A DNA stretch of 64,000 nucleotides from an uncultured delta proteobacterium (GTDB taxonomy: Bacteria > Myxococcota_A > Polyangia > Polyangiales > Polyangiaceae): positions 352,001 through 416,000 of the forward strand of contig CAVOKF010000003.1 of NCBI GenBank assembly GCA_963696385.1, written 5' to 3'. Positions 39,486 through 50,200 of the stretch are shown piece after piece. Made by a program: the position numbers and the translations under genes. The notes under the pieces were generated by a model. It worked only from the letters and a program-made list of their open reading frames with translations, did not search any database and was not told the origin of the DNA. How positions within the stretch are numbered: position 1 is the stretch's first letter; every line of letters starts with the position of its first letter.

Positions 39486-40084
39486 TCGACAAAGTCCGTC
39501 GCCTCGTCAAGCTGTTATCCCGACTTCCCGGCGTGGGAGAGAAGACGGCGCAGAGGTATGTGCTTTGGCTTCTTACGGCCGACTCGGCCGTCGCCCAATC
39601 CCTGGGCGAGGAGCTGATATCGTTGCGCGACGAACTCGGCCCCTGCCGGATTTGCGGCAATGTAGCCGAGATTCGCGAGGGCGAAGCGATCTGCAATGTG
39701 TGCGCGGATTCGAATCGGGACCCTCGCGTGCTGTGCGTCGTCGCACGTGTCCACGACCTGATGGCCATCGAGCGCGCTGGATCGATGCGGGGACGCTATT
39801 TCGTCCTCGGCAAGTTGCTCTCTCCTCTCGAAGGAGTGGGCCCGGACGACCTGCCTCTTCAGAGACTCATCCAGCGAATTCACGATGGGCAGGTCGCCGA
39901 GGTCATCGTAGCGACGCCCCCGAGCGTCGATGGGGAAGCGACGGCACTGCTGATCAAGCGCGAGATCGCGCCGTTCTCCGTGATGGTCACTCGTATCGCC
40001 AGCGGCGTCCCGCACGGCGGTGATCTCGAGTTCGCCGACCCCATCACGATGGGCCGCGCACTGGCCGGACGGCGCGCGCTCTAG
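39482..40084 (+). CDS. recR: Recombination mediator RecR (probable CTG start)
   Basis: LSRLPGVGEKTAQR, CRICGN...CNVC, LSPLEGVGP, DGEATA, GGDLEFAD. Confidence 0.94.
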   Translation: MIDKVRRLVKLLSRLPGVGEKTAQRYVLWLLTADSAVAQSLGEELISLRDELGPCRICGNVAEIREGEAICNVCADSNRDPRVLCVVARVHDLMAIERAGSMRGRYFVLGKLLSPLEGVGPDDLPLQRLIQRIHDGQVAEVIVATPPSVDGEATALLIKREIAPFSVMVTRIASGVPHGGDLEFADPITMGRALAGRRAL

Positions 40085-40223
40085 ATCCAGACTCGACATT
40101 CCACGATGTTCCGGTCAGATAGGATTCACGCGACAGGTGGACTGAAGCAGCGTTGCCAGGCGCGGCAAGGATCCGTTGCTGCCAAGCCGCCTGCGCGGAG
40201 ACGAAAGCGATGGAGAACCCGCC

Positions 40224-40613
40224 ATGACTGACGCCATCACGACCGAGAACGCCCCGGCCGCCATCGGGCCCTACTCGCAAGCCATCCGGGCGGGCGATCT
40301 GGTGTTCCTCAGCGGCCAAATACCCATCGATCCCTCGAGCGGAACGATCGTAAGCAGTGACATCATCGCCCAGACGGATCGCGTCATGAAGAATCTGGCG
40401 GCCGTGCTGGCGGCGTCAGGATGCCGCTTGGCCGACGTCGTCCGCACGACGATCTACGTCGTCGACCTCGCGCACTTCGCGGCCGTGAACGAGACGTATG
40501 GGCGCTGGTTCGCGTCGCCCTATCCGGCGCGTGCGACCGTGCAGGTCGCGGCGCTGCCGCGTGGCGCCCTTGTCGAAATCGATGCCGTCGCCGTCATGCC
40601 AGTGCGGCGTTGA
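40224..40613 (+). CDS. ridA: RidA/YjgF family enamine deaminase
   Basis: APAAIGPYSQA, FLSGQIP, PARATVQVAALP, VEIDA. Confidence 0.93.
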   Translation: MTDAITTENAPAAIGPYSQAIRAGDLVFLSGQIPIDPSSGTIVSSDIIAQTDRVMKNLAAVLAASGCRLADVVRTTIYVVDLAHFAAVNETYGRWFASPYPARATVQVAALPRGALVEIDAVAVMPVRR

Positions 40614-41208
40614 GGCGGACTAGCGCACGCTCGAGCTCTCCGCGAGCGTCGCGGGCGCGCGGATCGATCGGCGGCCCGAGGGCTACGTCCACGCGAGTGA
40701 ACGGCCAGGCGACCGCGAAGCGGTCCCAGGACCCACGCAAGACAACGCCTGCGCGTACCGATCCGGCCATCGGAATCACGACCGCGCCCGTCGCCCGCGC
40801 CGCAACGATGGCTCCGGGCTTGACCACGCCCATCGGGCCCCTTGGTCCATCGACCGCAAAGGCTGCATCGATTCGCTCGCGGCGCATCGCCCTCACGAGT
40901 GCGGCGAGCCCCCGCACGGCTCCGCGCGAGCTCGAACCGCGCACGACGCGTAAGCCCTGCACACGCAGAGCGCTCGATTGAAGGGCTCCGTCGAGCGACC
41001 AACTGACGAGGACGACCGTGGGCTTTCTGCGCTTCCACGCAAGCAGGGGCCATTGGGTACCGTGCCAGAAGGCGAGCACCCACGGCCGATCGCCAACGCC
41101 TGCGAGCCCGGGATCCGCCGTCACGCGGACGCGTTGCGTCGATAGCCATAGGTACGCGACCACGCCGACGACCCAGCCAGCGAGACTGCGCACCCATCCG
41201 CCAATCAC
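40594..41208 (-). CDS. DUF374 (LpxJ-like) lysophospholipid acyltransferase
   Basis: AFWHG, SxSxDG, RGSSSRG, VDGPRGP, KPG, SWDRF. Confidence 0.85.
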   Translation of the reverse strand: MIGGWVRSLAGWVVGVVAYLWLSTQRVRVTADPGLAGVGDRPWVLAFWHGTQWPLLAWKRRKPTVVLVSWSLDGALQSSALRVQGLRVVRGSSSRGAVRGLAALVRAMRRERIDAAFAVDGPRGPMGVVKPGAIVAARATGAVVIPMAGSVRAGVVLRGSWDRFAVAWPFTRVDVALGPPIDPRARDARGELERALVRLNAALA

Positions 41209-44200
41209 CGTTTCAGCTCCGTCAGCTTCGCGCGAGCGCGCTCGAGAGCGGGGTCGTTTTCGATCGCCCGCTCGAACATCTGAACCGCCTTCGCTCGATC
41301 TCCCTGTTTTGCGCTGATCTCGCCAAGGTAATAGAAGACCTCGCCCTTCGAGATGCCCGCACTCGGGTCCAGCCGCTGCAAGAGCAGAGCTCGGAACGTT
41401 TTTTGCGCGCGATCGAGGTCATTCGTCTCAAAGGCGAGGACCCCGAGGTCGCGGAGTACGCCGACCGATCCGCGATCGATTTTGAATGCCATGTCGAGCT
41501 GCGCCAGAGCGACGTCCGTATCTCCCAATTGGGCAAGCGCGCGGGCGAGACGATGGTGATAGAGGGCGAGCTCCTTGGTCCGCCGAGTGCCGAACGATGC
41601 GATGACCTTTTCAAGCACCTGCGCGGCCTCTCGACCTCGCTGGGCCGCGTTGTACGCGTCGCAGAGCACCAGCAGCAGCTGCCGATCGTGGGGAACGAGC
41701 TCGGTGGCGCGTTCGAGGATGGGAATCGCTCGCTCGGGGAGGTGAAGCCGCGTGAGATAAATATCCGCCGCCGCTTTGAGCAAATGGACCTGGTCTGCGA
41801 TCGCGGCAGGAACGTTCAGGCCGGGCGACGCGACCGACCCATCCGCGGCGCCCCTGGTGACCGGTTGGGACGCCGCGTGGTCGCTCGGGGAAGGCCGGAC
41901 GAGATCCGCGTCGCCTACGAGCAACTCGGCAAGATCCTGCCATTTACCGGCCTTCTCCCAGCGACTTCGGAGCATCGCGCGGAGGTTCGGGTTGGACGGG
42001 TCGAGTTTGAGCCCACGTTGAAGGGCGTCCTCGACCGCGCCGGCGTCGCCGGTCTTGTCTCGGGCCTCCGCCAGACGCAAGGCCCAGACGACACCGTTTT
42101 GGTCGGTCGCAAGGTCGAGCAGTTTGGAGAGCGCGGATCCTGCCCGCTCCCAATCGGCGCGCCGATCGGCAAGACGAGCCACTGCCTCCAAGGCGAGACG
42201 GTTGTTCGGATCGGTCGCGATGACCCGATCGTAGGACAGTTGCGCGGCCGAAATGTCGCCTAGGCGACGCTCCTGAACCTCCCCCAGGCGCACAAGCAGA
42301 GCCAGCTCCGACGGGGTGTCCTTGCGCTCCCGTGCTGCGTCGAGTTGCGCCTTGAGAAGGTCCGCGAGTTCGCTGTCGCGCGCAGTCAATTCGTACAGCT
42401 GCGAGAGCACGAGCACCGCGTCCTTGTGGGTCGGATCCTCTTCGAGGATCGCTCGGAGCGTTTCGATCGCATCTTCGGGCGCTCGGAAGCGAGAGGCTTG
42501 CAGACGGGCGAGCTCCAGTCGGAGATACGTCCTGTCCGACGTCGTCGTGGCCGCATCGATGAGCCGGAGCAACAGCCTTCCGAGGTCTCGATCCCGGCCC
42601 GCTTGCTCGTAGAGCTGGCGCAGCACCGTTGCGGCCTGGGCGTCGGACGGATCGGCGTCGAGGATCTCCTCGTAGAGCGTCGTCGCCCGACCGATGTCCT
42701 TGATCTTGTCTACCAGCACGCGCGCCGCTTGGTGCTTGAGTGCATGTGCGTCGGAATCCGTCGCCGAGGATCTCCGCTCGCTCGAGGAGCAGTTTGACGA
42801 CTTCAAGGTCGTCGCCGGCCTCTCCCCGGAGTTTGGTGAGTTCCTCAAGAGCCCACAAGTCGCGCTCGTCCTCGGCGATCAGGTCGCGCAACGTCGATTC
42901 CGCCAAGTCGCGATCGCCCACGGGAACCTCCGCGAGCGCCTTGGCCTCGCGGAGCAGGTCGCGCTTGATGGCCACATTGGTCTCCAGATGCGCCCGTGTC
43001 CGGAGCGTATGGACGAGCTCGCGTTCACGCCCTGGCGCGCGGCGAATGTCCTCGACGGCCCGCAATACGTCCAGGTTCTCGGGTTCAATCGCCAGCGCCT
43101 TGGCGTAGGCTTGCTCGGCGAGCTGGGCGTCGCCGAGCCTGTCCGTGCGCCATTGCGCGAGCCTGACCCAAAGCTCCATTCGCGTCGCCGCCGGAAGATC
43201 GTGAGCGCCGTCCAGCGCCGACGCCAGCGTCTCGGCCGCGCGCCCCCACGACGAGTTGGCCGTCGCAAGCCTCTCGAGCTCGCGCAGCGCGTCCTCCTCC
43301 GAAGGATCGCCGGAGACGGCGGCCTCTACGGCGCGCTGAGCACGCGCGCTGTCGCCGACCGTGTCTTCGAGCACACGAGCGAGATCCAAGCCGGCGCTCG
43401 TCCGAGCGCGCGTCGTCTGCGCGCGAGCGATACGCTTTTCGTAGAGCTTGGCGACGTCTTCGACCCGTGCGGTTGCTCGGTATACGACCTCGAGCGTATC
43501 GAACGCGTCATCGAACAGCGTGTCGTCTTGGAGCAGCGACACGACCGCCTCTTGGCTCGGCGCATGTGCAGGGACGCCTTCGAGCGCCTGCCGAAATGTC
43601 GCCAGCGCCTGGGCCTTTTCGCCGAAATCGCGCAGCTGCAGCGAACCCAAGCGGTAGGCGAGGTCTGCCTTGGTCACCGCGCCCGATTCGATCGCAATCC
43701 GTCGCTCGAGCACGTGGGCCAGCCGTTCCGTTTCACCGAGTCGGGTAAATAGCCGGTCCAAGGCGGCGAGCAGGGAGGCGTCGTCTCCCGTCCGCTCCAC
43801 CGCGGCGACGTACGCCTTCGCGGCGCGCTGAGGATCGTCGAGTTTGTCTTCGCTGACCCGACCTAGTCGCACGAACAAGTCGGCAGCGACAATCGCATCG
43901 AAAATCCCGCTCGCACGTTCTTGCAGCGCGTCGGCGTACCTCTGCCAGCCGAGGATCCCGGCACGGTCCGCGAGCCGCTCGATGTCGGCATGAAGCGTCG
44001 AGTCGCTCGGCTCCTCGGCCAGAGCTCGAATGAGCGCGGATTGCGCGCGATCCAGATCGCCCAACGACGACTCGGCCACGACCGCCAGGGCCCGCAACGT
44101 GCCGGCTCGCTCCTCGGGCTCCGTTTGCGCCAGAAGGCGAAGCGAGAGCACCGACGCGACCTCGGCATACCGGCCGGCGGCGCGCAACACCGGCTCGAGT

Positions 44201-47200
44201 GCGTCCGCGGCTTCCATGCGAAGGTCGTCACGCGACTCACCAATTCCACGAATCGCAGCCGCCGATTCTTCATCGAAACCTGCCTCGAGCACACCCCGAT
44301 AACTCTCCAAGGCAGATTGCGGATCTTGCAGCTCGACCGCATAGAGCGCTGCAATGCGCTTCTTGAGCGCACGGCGCGAGGCTTCATCGTTGGCACCGGC
44401 GACCTGCACTTTCAAATTTTCGAGCAGATCGGGCCACAACCGCTCCGCGGTGTAGAGCGCGTCCAAGCGGCGCAATACGTCCGCGTCACCCGGTCGCACG
44501 ACGAGCGCCTCGGTGAGGCACTCGATCGCCGCGCGGCGGTTCACCAAGTCGACCTCGTAACGGCTCGACGCGGTCACCAACAACTGGAACGCCAGGTCTT
44601 CGTCGCCCCCCGCGCAAAGGTCGACTCTACGGCGGTACAGATCGACCAGTCGGGAAGCGTCGTTTCGCTGCTCGTAAAGAGCGATGAGCTCGTCGATAGT
44701 CAGCGTGTTGGCGGGCTCCAACTCCAGCGCACGCTCGTACGCGGCGATCGCACCTTCGGCATCGTCCAACATATCGCGACGGGACTCGCCAATCCGGCGC
44801 CAGGTGGTCGCACGAGACTCGTCGTCGTCAAGAAGCTCCGTCTTCTTCGACAGGACCCGCACCAGCGCTTCCCAGTCGCTCAGCAGCGTCGCGAGCGCAT
44901 CCATCTCCTCGAGCGGCTGCAGATCCGTTTCGTCGAGCGCAAAGAGGCGCTCCCAGGCATCGAGCGCCCGCCGCGGATCGTCGCGACGGCGATCGTGCAA
45001 GTGCGCGAGCGCAGAGAGCAGCTCCCGTTTGGTAAGACCGTCCGCTCTGGCGATGGCGGCCTCGTACGCGAGCGCCAGATCGTCCCACCGGCGCGTCGTG
45101 ATACCGAGACGATCCAGCTGCCCACGCGCGTCGCCGTCCTCCGGACCGAGCGTCCACGCTTCACGGGTCGCATCGAACGCCTTTCGCAAATCGTTGCCTC
45201 GGTGCTCCCAAAGCGAAGCGTTTTCCAACCAGATGCCGATGCGCTCGGCGTCCTCGAACGTAATCGCGAGACGCTCCTCGTTGAGCGCGATCAAACGCCG
45301 CCAGTCGTCCGCACGCTCGTAAATCGGGCGCAAGATCTCGATGGCACGAGCCTTGTGCTGCGGGACGCGCAACAACGACTCGAGTTCGGCCACGGCCTCC
45401 GCGGTGAGCCCGGTATCTTGGGAGGGCGCGAGCTCGACGACAGCCTGTAGCTCGTCGAGTCCCGCGTACGGCTCATCGAGCCTGTGGACGAGCAGTCTCG
45501 CCAGGTCCATTCGAAAACGGGCTTCGTCTTCGGGAAATGCGCTCTGCTCGCCCCGGCGGCGCATCAGCTCGGCGAGCTCACGCCAACGTCCTCCGCGCTC
45601 GTACAGCGCCGACAACGCGTCAAGAACAGCCAGATCGGCGTCATCGACGTCGAGTGCAGCGCGGTAGGTCTCGATAGCGGCGGCCTCGTCATGAAGATCG
45701 GCCTGCTGAATCTGGGCAATCGTCTGCAGCGCTCGCAGCCGCTCCGCCGGATCGTTCTTGTAGTCGAGCGCCTCCCTGTGGAGCCTCACGCGCTCTGCGA
45801 AGCGACTCGCTTCGCGCAGAAGGCGATCGATGGCTGCGAAGCTTTCGGCGTCGGCCTCGGGATCGAACGCGTACGCGCGGCGGTAGAAGACGAGAGCGCG
45901 ATCGATGTCCTTCTGCGCTTCAAAGAGCTCACCCGTGCGCTTGGATAGCCGCGCGGTCGCCGGCTCGTCGGACGTAATCTTCTCGAGCTCGGAGGCGTAG
46001 ACCTCCGCCAGGCGCCCCTGAGCACCGGCCACCCGCGCGAGGCGCTCGAGTTCGACCCACGTGCTCTCGTCGGTCAGTTCTTCGCCGAGCAGCTGTGCGG
46101 TAGTCTCGAGCGCGGACCCGTAGTTCTCCTCCTGCTCTTCGTGCAGCTTCGACAACCTTCGCAGCAGTTGCCGGCGCTCGTACGCATCCTGGCTCACCGC
46201 GAGACGCGCCTCGAGTGTCGCCATCACCCGTCGCCAATCGAGGCGCGCCAGATACACCGGCTCAAGCATCGCGGCCGCCCGCGCGGAGTGCTCGCGTTGA
46301 CTCATCAGCGATTCGAGCGAGGCGACGGTGTGCGGGTGCTTGGGATCGATGTTCAGCGCCAGGGCGTACTCGTCGAAGGCGCGGTCGACGTCCAGCGTGC
46401 CGGTCTCGAGCACCTTGCCGAGAGCGTGGTGCAGCGCCGCCTTTCGCTCGTTCGACAGCCCAGGGGCTCCAATCTGTCGCTCATATAGCGAGACAAGCGA
46501 GCTCCACCGTCCCTCCCTCGCGTAGAGGCGATCGAGCGCCTCGATCGCCTCCGGATCGAGGCCGAGATCGAGAATTTGCTCGTAAACCGCTATGGCCGCG
46601 GGTGCGTCGCCGATCCTTTCGTCCGAGAGGTGCGCCTGCTTGAACAGCAGCCGCCGGCGATCCGCGTCGGTCGCGGCGAGACTCGCGCGACGCTTCACGA
46701 CATCGAGCAGCGCAGCATAGTCACCCGTTTCCTCGTAGAGCGCTTCCAGAGCCGCGAGCGCTCGGCCCTCGTCGCTCTGCAGATCGAGCGCGCGCGAGTA
46801 GTACCGCTTGGCCAGAGCCGTGTCTGCCATCCACTGGCGCGCGAGGTCCGCGATGCGGAGCGTGACTTCGAGCTGCAATCCGCCGTCGACGATGTCCTCC
46901 ACCGCCGACCGCAAAAGCTCGACCAGCTCGGCGTGCTTGTGCGTGGCCGAAGCGAGTCGCTCAGCGCGCTCGATCCATGCTGGAAGGTCCGGTTCGGCCA
47001 CGGCCTCGCGCAATCCCTGCGCGGCATACGAGAGCGCCCGCGCTGGGTCCCCCAGAGGCCCCTCGGCGACACTCACGGCTCGCGCAATGGTCGCCAATTT
47101 CTCGGTGATCGAATCGGCATACTCGGCTTCGATCTCGAGCACGCGGAGAAGTCGATCGTGCAGCCCATCGATCTCGTACAACGGGCGTAAGATCGCAGCG

Positions 47201-50200
47201 GCCTCGCGCCGCGCCGTCGGCTCGTCGAGCAACCCCTCGAGCGCGCTTCGACAACGCGGCTGAGACGGATCGAGCCCGAGGGCGCGGCGATACGCGTCAA
47301 TGGCCGACGTCGTGTCGCCCAGTTTGGATTGTCGCACCTCGCCGAGCCGCGCCAGGAGCACCAACTTGTCCGCTGGCCATTCGGCGAGCGCGAGGTCAGC
47401 CTCGAGCGTTTCGGCGAGATCGGACCAACGCTCGCCTTGCTGGTAAAGGCTCGCAAGCGCGGAGAGGGAGCCGCGATCGGCGCCAAACTCGTCGATCACG
47501 TCCCGGTAGGCTCCGATGGCCTTATCGGCGTCATTCAGCTTGTCTGCAAATGTCGTCGCGATCCGTACTTTAATCTCCCTCCGGGCGCTCTTGCCCTCGG
47601 TCTGCTGCTCGCGGGCGCACAGCACATCGACCAAATCCCGCCAGGCGTGGGTTCGCTCGTAGAGGCGATCGAGTGCAGAAAGCGCCTCCAGATCGGTCGG
47701 GGCCTCGTTCAACCGTGCCCGCCAGGCCTCGATCGCCCCGCGCGCATCGTCGAGCACCGTCTCGCACAGTTCGCCCAGCCGGCCACGAAGTTCGCGACGC
47801 ACTGTGGCGTCGTCTTCGAGCCCGACTTCGGCCCGAAGAATCTCGCAGAGCTGCCGGCTGTCGCCGCGAGCATAGATGCGCTCGAGAGCGCGGCACGCCG
47901 GCAACGCGATGGCCGCGTCGTCGGGCGCCAGCTGCAGAACTTCGCGGTACGTGCCCTCGGCTCTCGCCCCATCGTCGAGAGGGCCTTCGTAGATGCGCGC
48001 GACGTCCATGAGAATGTTCGCGCGCGGCAACGGCGAATGCGACATAGCGGCCGTCGCCGTGAGAACGCCGGCGGCCCGCTCGTGCGCGCCGGTTCGTCGA
48101 GCGATTTCGAGCATGCGCTGCCTGGCCAACGAGTCATCGGGGTCGAGCGGCAACAGGCGAGCGAACGTCTCGAGCGCCCCGACGTCGTCGCGCAACCGCT
48201 CATCGCGCAGCTGAGCCAACCGTCGCAGCAGTCCGCGTCTTTCATCGACGTCCGCCGCGAACTCGAGGTGAATTTCGAGAACGCGGACGAGGTCAGGCAC
48301 TTCGTCGCGGTTGGCATAAACCGCCTCCAGGACCACGGCGGCTCGCGCCCGCAGATCGGGGACGTCGAGGATTTTTTCGACCCACTGGCGCGCCTCGGCA
48401 TTGGCCGGGCGGTCGCGCAGAACGGCCTCCAGGTACGACAGCGCTCCGGCCGGATCGTTCAGACGCGTGTAGAGAAGGGTGCCGAGCCGTTGCTGCACGT
48501 CGAGACGGTCTTCGCCCCTTGCTCGATGCAGTCGTCGCTCGAGGAGCTCGGCCAACCGCGGCCACCTCTGCTCTGCGGCATACAGTGCGTCCAGCGACCG
48601 GATCGCCTGCTCGTGAGCCGGCTCGATCTCGGCGATCCTCTCGTAGTAGCCAATCGCCCTCGGACGGTCTCCGGTGATTTCTTCCGCCACAAGCGCCACT
48701 TCGGCCAAGAGTTCGACGCGGCGAGCGAGATCGGTCGCCGCGGCTATGGCGCGCTCGTACAGATCCCCCAGTTCCGGCCACAGCTCGCGGGTGGTCAGAA
48801 TCTGCTTGAGGCGTTGGAAAGCGCGCTCGTTTCCGGGCTGGCGCGCCAGCATTCTTTCGAGGTACGGACTGGCACGGTCCGTATCGTCGAGCTTCTCATC
48901 GAAGAGCGTCGCGACGCGCTCGGCCAGATCGAGTTCGACGGGCTCGGGCAGCCCCGTCGGACCTTCTGCGGGAACTGCGGCCACGATCGCGTCCACCAGC
49001 GCCTGGATGCGCCCGGTCCTCGCGGCGAGCCCCGCCAGCCGGTCCCACAAAGTCAGGTCCGCGGGAACCTCGTTCGCGGCTCGCGCGACGACGTCGAAAG
49101 CGGCGCCCGGATCGCTCAGTTTGCTTTCATGGACGTCCGCGAGACGGGCGTACAAGGCGAGCCGATCGTCGCGGGCTGCGGTTGTACCGATGAGCACCTC
49201 GAGCACATCGGCTTGCTGGCGGGGCGCACCGGTCTCTTCGTACACCCTCTCGAGGATCGCGGCAGAGCGGGCGCGCGTTTCCGGGATCACGAGCAGCCGT
49301 TCGACTACGGCGATGGCTCGCGGATCGTTCGGACACAGCTTTAGCGCACGCTCACACGCCGCAAGTGCGTCCGCGTTTCGGCGTAACGGATCGAGGTAAA
49401 GCTTTGCGAGTTCGATCTCGCGCGCGGCGCGCTCCGCGCCTTCGCGCTGATTGCGATCGACCTCGATGACCTCGGCCGCTCCCTGAGCGTCGCCTTGACC
49501 GCGGAGCAAGCGCGCGAGGGCCCGCAGCGCGCCGCCGTGATGAGGCAGGATCTGAAGCATTCGGCGGTACAAGACGATGGCCCGCTCCGGCGCCCCGAAC
49601 GCCTCCTCCTCGAGCATCGCCCACTCCGACAAGAGATCGATCTTGAGGGCCGTATTGGCACGCTCGACGCGCACTTCGAAGAGCCAGCGCAAATCGTCAC
49701 GCCGGTCGGATTCGCGCAAAATACGGTCCAGCGTCTGGACCGCAAGATCGTCCCCCTCGTCCTCTTCGACGAGCGATCGATACGTTTCGACGGCCTCGTC
49801 GATGCGCCCCATCTCGCGCGCGTAGACCTCCGCCAGCCTGGCACGGAGGGCTCGCCGTTCCTCGCTTCTCGCGTAGCCGTTGTCTTGGTCCCTCTTCTTT
49901 CTTCTCTTCGATCGCGGGGTACCCGCCGATGCGTCAAACGCCCGAAGGCGCGTCGAGACGGTATCGACGAAACCGGCCCACTCCCCTGCCCCACGCGCCG
50001 CTCGCTCGAAGGCTTCAAGGGCCTCTGGACGATCCGGCGCGAGTTCGTACGCTTGCCGCGCCCAGCCGAAGGCGGTCGCTCGGTCCTGCAGCTTCTCGCC
50101 CGTGACGTGCACCAATTTCTCGAGCCACGCAAGCTTCTGCCCCGTATCCGTCTCGTGCCCAAGGAGCACGGCATACAGAGTGGGCAGCCGTCCCCACTTT

